Translations under genes and position numbers: made by a program
The notes under the pieces: generated by a model
The model's database searches: none
What the model was told of the DNA's origin: nothing
What the model saw: the letters and a program-made list of their open reading frames with translations, nothing else
Assembly (NCBI GenBank): GCA_963665295.1
Contig: OY762209.1
Span: 2,560,001-2,624,000, forward strand
DNA: 64,000 nucleotides
Origin: Syntrophorhabdaceae bacterium
GTDB lineage: Bacteria > Desulfobacterota > Syntrophorhabdia > Syntrophorhabdales > Syntrophorhabdaceae
Reading direction: 5' to 3'
Part shown: positions 1-10,227 of the stretch, piece after piece
Layout: each line of letters opens with the position of its first letter
Position numbering within the stretch: the stretch's first letter is position 1

Positions 1-613
1 AGGTCTGGTTCATGTAGGACAGACCTCCCTGGATATACCATTTATCCTGTTTGCTCCCCAGGTTGGCGTATCCGTAATACCGGTTGCCCGTGCCGTAGCC
101 CGCGCCGGTAGCGGCCTCGAAGGTCTTCACGGGCCGCCTGGATACCATGTTGATCGCGCCTCCCATGGTGTTAGGACCATAAAGGACGGATGTAAACCCC
201 TTTGTCACGATTATCTCCGAAAGGTCGAAGGTGGTGAACCGGTCGAAGTCGAAGTTCCTGTCGTAAGGCAGATAGACGGGAATGCCGTCCATGAATACGG
301 GTACACGGGAGACACTGAATCCCCGTACATACATCCACGTCTCATTCCTGTTTCCTCCCCTGCTCAAGATTACCCCGGGAAGCAGATTGAGGGCGTCGGG
401 CAACCGGTCCAGACTATAGTCCCGCATCTCCTGCGATTCCACCTTGTCGCTCGTCACATATCTGCTTACCTCCCGGTTGTCCCGGATCTCTATTTCTCCC
501 AGGGTGAATACTCCCGTGTCGGCCGCCGGTGCTCCACGGATAACTCCCGGACCGCATGTGAAGCATATTGCCCAGAAGAGAACGCAGATTCGCCTTATCA
601 GATGATTTCCCAT
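1..613 (-). CDS. TonB-dependent receptor, N-terminal part (signal peptide, plug domain, start of barrel); runs off the window
   Basis: Not in the ORF track; translated by hand from ATG at 613 (GAGG upstream): MGNHLIRRICVLFWAICF...FTLGEIEI...LPDALNLLPGV...YVRGF...VPVFMDGIPVY...EIIVTKGFTSVLYGPNTMGGAINMV, which are TBDR plug motifs. Confidence 0.93.
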   Translation of the reverse strand, partial: MGNHLIRRICVLFWAICFTCGPGVIRGAPAADTGVFTLGEIEIRDNREVSRYVTSDKVESQEMRDYSLDRLPDALNLLPGVILSRGGNRNETWMYVRGFSVSRVPVFMDGIPVYLPYDRNFDFDRFTTFDLSEIIVTKGFTSVLYGPNTMGGAINMVSRRPVKTFEAATGAGYGTGNRYYGYANLGSKQDKWYIQGGLSYMNQT

Positions 614-714
614 ATCGACCTCAGTTGGATTGTGACCCCCACCGCCGTACTGAATGGTCGTCCGCCCTTATCCGGCCCATTCCCGGCAATCGTTGCGAGC
701 GCATCCTTGTGATG

Positions 715-749
715 ATCGTTATATATCAAGAAAGATAACGCCATGTCAA
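715..749 (-). promoter_or_regulatory. sigma70-like promoter of the TBDR, overlapped by a ModE-like operator (717-740)
   Basis: ATCGTTATATA-TCAAGA-AAGATAACG matches the ModE consensus CGTTATATA-N6-TATATAACG at 16/18. A perfect TTGACA on the minus strand (749-744) lies just upstream. Confidence 0.7.
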
Positions 750-966
750 TCATTTCCAAAATCTCCCGAACCGGCCGACGGGGCACACGCATGGCGACGA
801 CCCTTTTGATTCAGGTATGTGCAGCGCTATCGACCTTGGATATGGAACATACCGAATGCCCCGATTTCCGGAAAATTTTCTGACGGGATGTATCGCATAA
901 AATACGATAACACCTCAAATAACGCACACATAGGACGCATTTTGGCACTATCCGGCACAAAAATAC

Positions 967-1028
967 TTGACAGCGTTATCGTGAGTAATATACAACGCAG
1001 CTACCGTTGGCTCTTATTATATACAACG
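967..1028 (+). promoter_or_regulatory. sigma70-like promoter of the secreted-protein cluster with two tandem ModE-like boxes (974-997, 1005-1028)
   Basis: TTGACA at 967-972 is followed by CGTTATCGT-GAGTAA-TATACAACG and CGTTGGCTC-TTATTA-TATACAACG, both with the same 24-bp CGTT...AACG geometry as the box at 717-740. Confidence 0.62.
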
Positions 1029-1222
1029 GGAACATGTGACGACCCTAAAGTCCGACCGGAAGGTCCGGGCGGTAGAGTTTCGCCGGACGTGCCTTAGCGA
1101 CCCGTGAACCTGCAGTCTCATACATGGATCCCCCTGACGCGGGACCGACCGGAAGAGAAACCGGCGGTTCTCACCCATGAGGAGGAAGTTGTGGTGTCTC
1201 AAAAGGATAGAAGAGGAAAGGG

Positions 1223-4207
1223 ATGAGGAAGGAATCGGAACACTGCCGAAGAAGACACGTCACCATGGCCATATGGTTTTTCACGACATGCCTTCTCATT
1301 GCATCAATCCCCGTACATGCAAAAACAAAAGACCTTCTTGAGTTCAACTCCGGAAGCCATGTCCTGGGCTTTTCCTCCGGGTCCATGTACATGGCCTCCG
1401 GCACCCATGTGCTGAAGGTAGAGTTCGTGGGAGGGAAGTCGGTAGTCCCCGTCTCCAGGGAGGGACTCTCCTCCGATGGGAAGGCCCCTCCCTGGAGCAA
1501 GGTAACCTATCCGAACATATGGGACGGAGTGGACATCGTCTATGAAGGAGCCAAAGGCTCCATCGTGAAGTCTACCTATACGGTGGCTGCGGGCAAGGCC
1601 CCAGGCTCCATCCGCCTCCGCTATAACAGACCCCTTACCCTCGATAAGAAGGGCAACCTCGTGGTCCGCTACGAAACCGGCACTATCACGGAATCCAAAC
1701 CCATTGCCTGGCAGGTCATAGAAGGAAAGAAGAAACCCGTCATGGTGGCTTACAACCTCTATTCCGAAAAGGAAGTGGGGTTTACGGTAAAGGATTATGA
1801 CACAAGCCTGCCGCTGGTGATAGACCCCTATTTTTCGTGGAACACCTTCCTCGGGGGAAGCGGCACCGATTACGGATACGCCATAGCCGTGGATTCCGGC
1901 GGGAACATCTATGTGGCGGGAGCGAGCAACGCGACGTGGGGGACGAGTCCCGTAAGGGCGTACACCTCGAGCTACGACGCATTTGTCGCAAAACTGACGG
2001 CCGACGGATCACTCGTATGGAACACCTTCCTCGGAGGCGGCAACGCTGATTACAGCCAGGCCTTGACCGTCGATTCGGCGGGCAATGTCTATGTAACGGG
2101 GATCAGCACCGCCACGTGGGGTACGCCGGTAAGGGCTTACTCAGGGCCGGGCTATGACGCCTTCGTCGCGAAACTGACCACCGACGGATCACTCGTGTGG
2201 AACACCTTCCTCGGAGGCGGCAATAATGATTGGGGGAGCGCCATAGCGGTGGACTCGGCGGGCAACGCCTACGTGGCCGGATACGGCGATGACGACTGGG
2301 GTTCGCCGATAAAGGCCTACGCAGGAGGAAAGTATGACGCCTTCGTCGCGAAACTGACCACCGACGGAGCCCTCGCCTGGAACACCTTCCTCGGGGGATA
2401 CGGCGAAGACCACGGGTGCGCCGTTGCTGCCGGTCAGGATGGGAATGTGTATGTAGCGGGTCGCAGCGACGCCTCCTGGGGATCCCCGATAAGGGGTCAC
2501 ACATCAGGCTATGACGCCTTCGTCGCGAAACTGACCACCGACGGAGCCCTCGTGTGGAACACCTTCCTCGGGGGCTACGACAGCGACTGGGCGAACGCAA
2601 TAGCCGTGAGCCTGAAGGATTACGTCTATGTGGCGGGAGACAGCTATGCCTCCTGGGGCTCCCCGATAAGACCCTACACCTATGATCTCGACGCCTTCGC
2701 CGCAAAACTGACAAGTAACGGAGACCTCGTCTGGCACACCTTCCTTGGAGGGAAGGGCGCGGACCGCGGAAAGGGCATAGGCGTGGATTCAAAGGAGAAC
2801 CCCTATATAGTGGGAGACAGCGGCGCCAAATGGGCCTCTCCGATAAGGGCCTATACCGCATCTATCGACGCTTTCGCGGCTGGACTCGACCCGAAGGGCG
2901 CCCTCCTTTGGAACGCGTTCCTTGGAGGAAAGAATACGGACCAGGGGGCCGCAGCGGCCGTCGATTCCATTGGGAACGCATATGTGACCGGCTACAGCGT
3001 TGTCGCATGGGGAGACCCCGTAAGGCCGTACACGGGAAGCAACGACGCCTTCGTCGCGAAGATAGGCTTTTCCGATGCCTTTACCCTTTCCGTCTCCATC
3101 AACGGCGCAGGCTTGGGCTCCGTCATAAGTAATCCCCCAGGCATCGATTGCGGCTCCACCTGCACGGGCTCCTTCTCCCCGGGGGCGTCCGTTACCCTCA
3201 TTGCCACGGCTAACGGCGCCGCCGCTTTTTCCGGGTTCTCCGGGTGTGATTCCACGTCGGGCTCCACCTGTACGGTAGTGATGACTTCGGACAGGGCTGT
3301 GACTGCAGCTTTCAATCTTGGCTGCACCTATACGATCAGCCCGGCCTCCAAGCCCTTCACCTACAAAGGAGGCAGCGCCAATGTCGCGATACAGGCCACC
3401 GGGGCAAGCTGCGCAAGTCCCTTCGTCTATGTGAGTGATACGTGGATCATTCCCGTGATCACTTCATATGCGAATAACAAGGGCGCCATGAAGATCTCCG
3501 TCCTGGCCAACGAGACGGTCACGGAGAGGAGCGGTGCCGTGACCATAGGGGGAAGCACCTTTTACGTTACACAGGCAGGGTCTCCCTGCTCCCTTGCCTC
3601 CATCTCCCCGACGGGCGGCGTCTTTGACCCGGCAGGGGGATCGGGTTCGTTCAACACCACCGCCGTCACCGGTTGTCGATGGAACGTATCGCCATCCGTG
3701 GATTGGCTGATCCCCTTCACCTCGGTAGGGACAGGGATGGACTCCGTTGCCTATACCGTATCGGCGAACAGGACGGGCAAGCAGAGGACCGGGAAGATTA
3801 CCGTATGCCTTGCCGACAACCCGACGAAAAAGAAGGTGTTTACCGTGAAGCAGTCTCCCTGCTCCCTCACTATCGCCCCGACGAGCGACACCTTCACTGC
3901 CGAGGGGGGATCGGACTCGTTTACCGTAACCACTCCCACCGGCTGCCCGTGGAGCGTATCCCCATCGGTGGACTGGCTCACCACTACAACCTCTTCGGGC
4001 AGCGGGCCGGGTTCGGTCTCCTACACGGCCGTGGGGAATACCGGGAAACAGAGAACCGGCAAGATCACCGTCTACCTGAACGACACCCCAACGCAGAAGA
4101 AGGTCTTTACCGTGACGGAAAAGAAAGGAAATAGAGGCGGGCCCATCCCTCCGGGGGACGGGCGCACTTCGAAGATAGATACATTACATGCAAGGAGCGA
4201 GAGATGA
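1223..4207 (+). CDS. Secreted SBBP-repeat (7-blade beta-propeller) protein with N-terminal DUF7948-like domain, InlB-B-repeat-like domain and C-terminal BACON domains
   Basis: Signal peptide (…LLIASIPVHA), seven ~60-aa W(N/H)xFLGG…AIAVD..GN.YV.G…DAFVAKL repeats, a 'GIDCGSTC..SF..G.SVTL.A' domain and 'C.W.VSPSVDWL…RTGKITV' BACON repeats. Start may be a downstream Met. Confidence 0.85.
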   Translation: MRKESEHCRRRHVTMAIWFFTTCLLIASIPVHAKTKDLLEFNSGSHVLGFSSGSMYMASGTHVLKVEFVGGKSVVPVSREGLSSDGKAPPWSKVTYPNIWDGVDIVYEGAKGSIVKSTYTVAAGKAPGSIRLRYNRPLTLDKKGNLVVRYETGTITESKPIAWQVIEGKKKPVMVAYNLYSEKEVGFTVKDYDTSLPLVIDPYFSWNTFLGGSGTDYGYAIAVDSGGNIYVAGASNATWGTSPVRAYTSSYDAFVAKLTADGSLVWNTFLGGGNADYSQALTVDSAGNVYVTGISTATWGTPVRAYSGPGYDAFVAKLTTDGSLVWNTFLGGGNNDWGSAIAVDSAGNAYVAGYGDDDWGSPIKAYAGGKYDAFVAKLTTDGALAWNTFLGGYGEDHGCAVAAGQDGNVYVAGRSDASWGSPIRGHTSGYDAFVAKLTTDGALVWNTFLGGYDSDWANAIAVSLKDYVYVAGDSYASWGSPIRPYTYDLDAFAAKLTSNGDLVWHTFLGGKGADRGKGIGVDSKENPYIVGDSGAKWASPIRAYTASIDAFAAGLDPKGALLWNAFLGGKNTDQGAAAAVDSIGNAYVTGYSVVAWGDPVRPYTGSNDAFVAKIGFSDAFTLSVSINGAGLGSVISNPPGIDCGSTCTGSFSPGASVTLIATANGAAAFSGFSGCDSTSGSTCTVVMTSDRAVTAAFNLGCTYTISPASKPFTYKGGSANVAIQATGASCASPFVYVSDTWIIPVITSYANNKGAMKISVLANETVTERSGAVTIGGSTFYVTQAGSPCSLASISPTGGVFDPAGGSGSFNTTAVTGCRWNVSPSVDWLIPFTSVGTGMDSVAYTVSANRTGKQRTGKITVCLADNPTKKKVFTVKQSPCSLTIAPTSDTFTAEGGSDSFTVTTPTGCPWSVSPSVDWLTTTTSSGSGPGSVSYTAVGNTGKQRTGKITVYLNDTPTQKKVFTVTEKKGNRGGPIPPGDGRTSKIDTLHARSER
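3858..4125 (+). repeat. Near-identical last BACON domain shared with the downstream paralog (~7168-7435)
   Basis: Direct comparison shows only scattered substitutions across ccctgctccctcac…gtctttaccgtgacggaaaagaa. Confidence 0.85.
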
Positions 4208-7200
4208 CAAAAAACCTCAACCATTACCGAAGACGCTTCATGACCCTGTGCTTCTTCATCGTGTGCCTCTGCGCCCTTCTTGCCCCGGCCCATGCGAAGA
4301 CGGCCGACAGGAAGGACCTCTTCCAGTTCACCTCGGGAAACCATGTCCTCGGGTTTCAAAAGGACTCCATGTACCTCGCATCAGGCTCACACATGCTGAA
4401 GGTGGAGTTCGTGGGAGGAAAACCAGCAACTCCCGTCTCGAAGGAAGGACCCTCACCCGACGGGAAGGCCCCGCCCTTGAGCAAGGTAACCTATTCCGAT
4501 ATATGGGACGGGGTGGACATCGTATATGAAAAGGCCAAAGGCTCCATCGTAAAGTCCACCTATATGATAGCCGCGGGAAAAGAGCCCGGCTCTGTCCGGT
4601 TACGCTACAACAGACCTCTTTCGGTCGATAAGAGCGGCAACCTCGTGATCCGCTACGAGACCGGACGCATGACCGAGAGCAAGCCCATTGCCTGGCAGGT
4701 GGTCGAAGGAAAGAAGAAACCCGTCATGGTGGCCTACAACCTCCATTCCGAAAGGGAAGTGGGCTTTACCGCGAGCGATTACGACAAGAACCTCCCGCTG
4801 GTCATCGACCCATCGCTAACCTGGCATACCTTCCTCGGGGGGAGCGGTGACGACAACGGGCAGGGCATTGTCCTGGACTCGAGCGGCAACATCTATGTGA
4901 CGGGTTACAGTACCGCCGCATGGTCGGAGACGCCGGTCAGGGACTACTACGGCTCAGGCACTGATGCCTTTGCCGCCAGGCTGAACCCCGACGGAACCCT
5001 CGCTTGGTACACCTTCCTCGGGGGAAGCAAGACTGACTACGGGTACGTTATAGCCCTGGACTCGAGCGGCCACGTCTATGTGGCGGGGACCAGCTACGGC
5101 ACTTGGGGAGACAACCCGGTCAGGGCCTACACAGGCTCAACCGACATGTACGACGTCTTCGTCGCCAAGCTCAACAGCGACGGCTCCCTTGTCTGGAACA
5201 CCTTCCTCGGGGGAAGCAGCTACGATAGCCCAAACGGCATAACCGTGGATTCGGCCGACAATATCTATGTGGCGGGGAGGAGTATGGCCAAATGGTCGGA
5301 GACCCCGGTCCGGGCCTATACCGCAAGCTACGACGCCTTTGTCGCCAGGCTTAACACCGGTGGTTCCCTCATCTGGCACACCTTTCTCGGAGGAAGCAGC
5401 GTTGATTACGCTTATGGCTTGGTGACGGATTTGGACGGCTACATTTATGTGGTGGGATACGTCAGCGCTGCATGGTCGGAGACTCCGGTCAGGGCCTATA
5501 CCAAAGGCGGGGAAGGCTACGCCGCCAAGCTTAACACCGATGGTTCCCTCATCTGGCACACCTTTCTCGGAGGAAGCGGCACCGATTACGCCTATAACAT
5601 AGCCCTGGATTCGGCCGACAATATCTATGTGACGGGGAGGAGCAACGCCAAATGGTCGGAGACCCCGGTCAGGGCCTATACCAAAGGCTACGACGCCTTT
5701 GTCGCCAGGCTCAACACCGGCGGCTCCCTCGCCTGGTATACTTTTCTCGGAGGAAGCGGTGACGATTACGGATACGGCATAGCAACGGATTTGAGCGGCC
5801 ACATCTATGTGGCAGGACACAGCGCGGCCGGATGGGGGGATCCTGACAGGCCCTATATTTCGGGCATTGACGCCTTTGCCGCCAAGCTCAACTCCAATGG
5901 GTCCATGGTCTGGAACAGCTTTCTCGGGGGGAGCGGCAACGATTATGGGCAGGGGATGGCCCTGGATTCGACCGGCTCCATCTATGTGGTAGGATACAGC
6001 GGGGCCGCATGGCCGGACACCCAGGTCAGGGCCTACTACGGCTCGGGCAACGACGCCTTCGTCGCAATGTTGAACCCTGTAAGTAGTCAGAGTATCTTAG
6101 TCTCCAGGACCGGCACCGGCTCCGGTGCGGTTACGACCGATCCCTCCGGCATCGACTGTGGCTCCACCTGCCTGGCTACATTCCTTGAGGGAACATCCGT
6201 CACCCTCACCGCCAAAGCCGCGACCGGTTCCAACTTCACGGGCTGGAGTGGCGGATGTAGCGGGACCGGCCCCTGCACTGTCACTATGAGTCGGAATATT
6301 ACCGTGTCCGCGGAGTTCACCCTCGAGATCCATACCGTGAACGCAACAGTCGCGAGCGGCCCCGGCACCGTGTCCCCTGCGACGCAAGCGGTGAGCTACG
6401 GATCGTCCGCATCCGTTACGGTGACCCCCAATGAGCATTGCCATATCACCGCGATCACCGACAACGGCCAGCCGGTGACGGGGGCAAGCAAGGGTATGAC
6501 AGCGGGCAGGAAAGGCTCCGCCGCAAAGAAGACGGCCAAGGCAAAGTCAATCGCCTCCGCGGGCCTCACAGGCGCCTTCGTTCCCGGTCCCTACACCTAC
6601 ACGATAGACAGTGTGACCATCGACCATACGGTGGCGGCCACCTTTGATGTCGATACCGAGGCACTGAAGGTCACGAAGACGGGCACGGGAAAAGGCACCC
6701 TTACCGGGACCGCCCTCACCTGCGGGGGCAGCTACTGTTCCTCCGTCTACCTATACGGCGCCACGGTGACCATTACCGCGGCAGCGGATACAGGTTCCAA
6801 ATTCGCGGGCTTCACCGGGTGCGACTCCGTTTCCGGGAACACCTGTACACTCCTCATGACAACGCACAGAGACATCACCGCGAGGTTTACGGGCGATGAC
6901 GACTGCGTCTACACCGTCTCCCCGACGGGCAAGTCCTTCACCTATAAGGGAGGGAGCGTCAGCATCAGCGTCAGGGCCAAGGGAGGGGAGATGTGCGCGA
7001 GCCCCGACGTGTCCGCGAGCGACGCGTGGATAGGGACAAACGTAAGCGCATTCAGGAACAATAAGGGCACACTCAAAATAACGACTCCGGCGAACAATAC
7101 GTCTTCGGAGAGGACCGGGACCGTCACCATTCAAGGTAACCCGTTTGCCGTTGCCCAGGCCGGGGCGCCCTGCTCCCTCACCATCGCCCCGACGGGCGAC

Positions 7201-7443
7201 GCCTTCACCGCCGAGGGGGGATCGGGTTCGTTTACCGTGACCACTCCCACCGGCTGCCCGTGGAGCGTATCCCCATCGGTGGACTGGCTCATCACTACAA
7301 CCTCTTCGGGCAGCGGGCCGGGTTCCGTCTCCTACACGGCCATGGAGAATACAGGGAAACAGAGAACCGGCAAGATCACCGTCTACCTGACCGACACCCC
7401 GACCAAGAAGAAGGTCTTTACCGTGACGGAAAAGAAGAAATAG
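4204..7443 (+). CDS. Second secreted SBBP-repeat beta-propeller protein (DUF7948-like, 7 SBBP repeats, InlB-B-repeat-like, BACON)
   Basis: Paralog of 1223-4207 with a signal peptide (…LLAPAHA), seven WxxFLGG repeats, an AAGGAG SD and an ATGA overlap with the upstream gene. Confidence 0.87.
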   Translation: MTKNLNHYRRRFMTLCFFIVCLCALLAPAHAKTADRKDLFQFTSGNHVLGFQKDSMYLASGSHMLKVEFVGGKPATPVSKEGPSPDGKAPPLSKVTYSDIWDGVDIVYEKAKGSIVKSTYMIAAGKEPGSVRLRYNRPLSVDKSGNLVIRYETGRMTESKPIAWQVVEGKKKPVMVAYNLHSEREVGFTASDYDKNLPLVIDPSLTWHTFLGGSGDDNGQGIVLDSSGNIYVTGYSTAAWSETPVRDYYGSGTDAFAARLNPDGTLAWYTFLGGSKTDYGYVIALDSSGHVYVAGTSYGTWGDNPVRAYTGSTDMYDVFVAKLNSDGSLVWNTFLGGSSYDSPNGITVDSADNIYVAGRSMAKWSETPVRAYTASYDAFVARLNTGGSLIWHTFLGGSSVDYAYGLVTDLDGYIYVVGYVSAAWSETPVRAYTKGGEGYAAKLNTDGSLIWHTFLGGSGTDYAYNIALDSADNIYVTGRSNAKWSETPVRAYTKGYDAFVARLNTGGSLAWYTFLGGSGDDYGYGIATDLSGHIYVAGHSAAGWGDPDRPYISGIDAFAAKLNSNGSMVWNSFLGGSGNDYGQGMALDSTGSIYVVGYSGAAWPDTQVRAYYGSGNDAFVAMLNPVSSQSILVSRTGTGSGAVTTDPSGIDCGSTCLATFLEGTSVTLTAKAATGSNFTGWSGGCSGTGPCTVTMSRNITVSAEFTLEIHTVNATVASGPGTVSPATQAVSYGSSASVTVTPNEHCHITAITDNGQPVTGASKGMTAGRKGSAAKKTAKAKSIASAGLTGAFVPGPYTYTIDSVTIDHTVAATFDVDTEALKVTKTGTGKGTLTGTALTCGGSYCSSVYLYGATVTITAAADTGSKFAGFTGCDSVSGNTCTLLMTTHRDITARFTGDDDCVYTVSPTGKSFTYKGGSVSISVRAKGGEMCASPDVSASDAWIGTNVSAFRNNKGTLKITTPANNTSSERTGTVTIQGNPFAVAQAGAPCSLTIAPTGDAFTAEGGSGSFTVTTPTGCPWSVSPSVDWLITTTSSGSGPGSVSYTAMENTGKQRTGKITVYLTDTPTKKKVFTVTEKKK

Positions 7444-7953
7444 AGACGTGAAGATACGGATAAAGGGGCGGGCCGCGAAGGCCCGCCCCCCTTACACCAT
7501 GAGAAGCGCTCCGGCGCGGAAGGAGGTTATGTGAAGTCCCTACTTGGCCAAGTATTACCTGTGTTGTCTCTCCTCAGCCTGCTCTTTTTTGCCTGTTTCC
7601 CGGCAACCCCTGTCCACGGGGTGGTGAAGATCGATTCAGAGCTTCGAAAGCTCATGAGCGAGGATGAATCGACGGGCTATATCATACACTTCAAATCGAA
7701 GCTCAGCCTCAAGAAGGCATACGCCATGGAATGGAAGGCACGGGGTCGCTTCGTCGCCGACACCCTGAGAGATACGGCAAACGAGTCCCAGGCCGGCGTA
7801 AAAGCGTACCTCAAGGACAGGAACGCCCTGTACAAAAGCTTCTGGGTAGGGAATATGATCGTGGTGGAGGCGTCCGACCTCGCCACTCTCAACGGCCTCG
7901 AGGACTTCCCCGAAATAGACCGGATCGCCCGGCGACCCAGGATAGTTCTCCAC
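7385..7953 (+). repeat. Copy 1 of the S8 5' cassette (end of upstream gene, hairpin, RBS, signal peptide, propeptide)
   Basis: Identical by eye over 569 bp to 13602-14170. 7494-7962 matches 16451-16919 with one mismatch (7938/16895). Confidence 0.95.
7465..7489. terminator. GC-rich hairpin without a + strand U-tract (terminator or mRNA-stabilising stem); duplicated at 13682-13706
   Basis: GGGGCGGGCC-GCGAA-GGCCCGCCCC is a perfect 10-bp stem. Confidence 0.55.
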
Positions 7954-10170
7954 GAGCCCGTGAAAAAGAGGGCCGCAGCCTTGCAAACCTCCAACGTTCA
8001 GACAAACATTTCCCACGTGAAGGCCGACCAGGTGTGGACCACCCTCGGCATCAAGGGGAGCGGGGTAACGGTGGCGAATATCGACACGGGCGTGCGCTAC
8101 ACCCACCAGGCCCTCGTGAACCAGTACCGGGGCAACTCGGGCGGGGCCTATAACCACAACTACAACTGGTGGGACCCCTACGGCGACCATCCCACCGAGC
8201 CGGGTGACGATCACGGCCACGGGAGCCACACCATGGGCATCATGGTGGGCTCCGACGGAGGATCGAACCAGACCGGCATGGCCCCGGAGGCAAGGTGGAT
8301 CGCCTGTCGGGGATTCCAGGCCTCCTCCGGGAGTGACGTGGCCCTTCTTGAATGTGCCCAGTGGGTAATCGCTCCGTGGGATTTGAGCAAGTCCTCTCCT
8401 GATCCGGACTTGAGGCCCCAGGTGGTGAACAACTCGTGGGGTGACTGCAGCCAGACCTACGACGATTGGTTCCAGGCCGCCGTGGACGCCTGGCACGCGG
8501 CCGGCATCTACCCGGTTTTTTCGAACGGCAATGCGGGGAATTGCGCCCGTTTACCGCCCCCGGGATGCAACACCGTAGGCAATCCGGCCCGGTACGGCAA
8601 CGTGACCGGCGTTGGCGCCACAGGGAACAGCGACGGCCAGTATGCGGCCTTCTCGACCTGGGGCGCTACGGATAACCTCGACATGGTGAATCCCGGCGGC
8701 TATCCGTACCTGAAGCCCCAGGTGGTGGCGCCCGGGGATTCCATTACCTCCGCCTATAATGCCGGCGATGACGGATATGTATCCATGTCCGGCACTTCCA
8801 TGGCGGCTCCCCACGTAGGGGGGCTCGTGGGCCTCATGCTCAGCGCGTGTCCCGGCCTGTCGGAAAAGTACGGGGTGGTGGAGACGATCATTCAAAAGAC
8901 TGCCGTCCGCATCCCGTATGCCTCAAATTGTGGAGGCGAGGGACCGGACAACGTGCCGAACAATGCGACTGGCTGGGGCGAGATCGACGCCCTTGGCGCG
9001 GTTCGGTCCGCCGCCGACATATGCATCTCCGGCACCGTCACCGGAACCGTGCGGGACGCCCGCACCCGGAAACCCATCGCGGACGCGAACGTGACTGCGG
9101 ACGGGAGCGCGGCGGTGACCGATGCCTCGGGTGAATTCAAATTGGAGTTTGTCGGTGAAGGCTCGCAGACGGTGAAGGCATCCTCTCACGGTTATTATGA
9201 CCAGGCCACGGTGGCGACCGTCATAAGGGGCGGAGCCACGGCCGTCGACTTCAGCCTCAAGGCCAAGGTCATGACCACGCTTACCGGTAAGGTGACGGAC
9301 GGCTCCGGAGGAAAATGGCCGCTTTACGCGACCCTCGCGGCAACGAACAATAACGCGACAATCACGGCATCCACCAACATTTCTACCGGGGCCTACACGA
9401 TGAAGGTGTATAGGGACACCGATTATGTCTTCCATATCTCCTCCGCCGGGTACGCCGCCTCCGAGACACTCGTTACCACGACGGGCAGATTCAGCCCGAG
9501 GAATTTCAGCCTCATGGCGGGCCCGGACTGCTCCGCCCCGGGATACACGCTGTCCGGGGGCGCGTGCGCTGCTCAGAGCGGCAGTCTTGTCATGGGCTTT
9601 TTAAGGGATGCGAACACGAAGAGTCTGCTCCCCGGTTTCGTGGTGAACTCCATATCCGGCTCGGCAAGGAGTGACGCCGGCGGGAAGTACATCGTTTTCT
9701 CGCCTGCGGGGAAAAACCCCCTTGTCGCCAACCCTTCGGCCCTCTTGAACTACGGCGTCCTCACCAAATGGGTGACCGTAGGGGCGGGCAAGATCGTTGC
9801 CTCTGATCTCTACCTCCCCGCCGCTCTATTGAAAGGACCCAAGAAAGTGAGCGTGACCGTCGCTCAGGGCGCGACGAAGAAGGCTAAGCTCACGTTGCAG
9901 AACACAGGCGGGGTCTCGACGTCCTTCGCCCTCACTGCCGATGCGGCATGGCTTGGCATATCGCCCGCCTCGGGGACCCTGGAAGCGAAGAAGAGCGAGT
10001 CCATGACGCTCACCTTCGACGCCGCCGACATGAGCGCCGGCACCTACGACGCCGTGATAACCGTGAGCGGCGTAACCCCATACAGTTCCCCCTCCATTGC
10101 CGCCACCATGAAGGTGACGGCCGGGAAGGGAGGGACGTCGGGCGAGGAGGTTAACATTGAAAACGAATAG
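7531..10170 (+). CDS. Secreted S8 subtilisin-like serine protease (bacillopeptidase F-like) with carboxypeptidase-regulatory-like and Ig/BACON-like C-terminal domains, copy 1
   Basis: Catalytic triad motifs NIDTGV, HGHGSHTMG and SGTSMAAPHV; signal peptide; AAGGAGG SD before GTG. Confidence 0.93.
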   Translation: MKSLLGQVLPVLSLLSLLFFACFPATPVHGVVKIDSELRKLMSEDESTGYIIHFKSKLSLKKAYAMEWKARGRFVADTLRDTANESQAGVKAYLKDRNALYKSFWVGNMIVVEASDLATLNGLEDFPEIDRIARRPRIVLHEPVKKRAAALQTSNVQTNISHVKADQVWTTLGIKGSGVTVANIDTGVRYTHQALVNQYRGNSGGAYNHNYNWWDPYGDHPTEPGDDHGHGSHTMGIMVGSDGGSNQTGMAPEARWIACRGFQASSGSDVALLECAQWVIAPWDLSKSSPDPDLRPQVVNNSWGDCSQTYDDWFQAAVDAWHAAGIYPVFSNGNAGNCARLPPPGCNTVGNPARYGNVTGVGATGNSDGQYAAFSTWGATDNLDMVNPGGYPYLKPQVVAPGDSITSAYNAGDDGYVSMSGTSMAAPHVGGLVGLMLSACPGLSEKYGVVETIIQKTAVRIPYASNCGGEGPDNVPNNATGWGEIDALGAVRSAADICISGTVTGTVRDARTRKPIADANVTADGSAAVTDASGEFKLEFVGEGSQTVKASSHGYYDQATVATVIRGGATAVDFSLKAKVMTTLTGKVTDGSGGKWPLYATLAATNNNATITASTNISTGAYTMKVYRDTDYVFHISSAGYAASETLVTTTGRFSPRNFSLMAGPDCSAPGYTLSGGACAAQSGSLVMGFLRDANTKSLLPGFVVNSISGSARSDAGGKYIVFSPAGKNPLVANPSALLNYGVLTKWVTVGAGKIVASDLYLPAALLKGPKKVSVTVAQGATKKAKLTLQNTGGVSTSFALTADAAWLGISPASGTLEAKKSESMTLTFDAADMSAGTYDAVITVSGVTPYSSPSIAATMKVTAGKGGTSGEEVNIENE

Positions 10171-10227
10171 CCGTGTGCTGCGCCCCTTATATAGCGGCCG
10201 GAGCGCCGGTCATTCCAAGGAGGTCTT

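Noticed and set aside
1830..6070. ~180-bp periodic DNA repeats as a CRISPR-like array
   Set aside because: They are in-frame SBBP propeller blades within long ORFs, and no cas genes are present.
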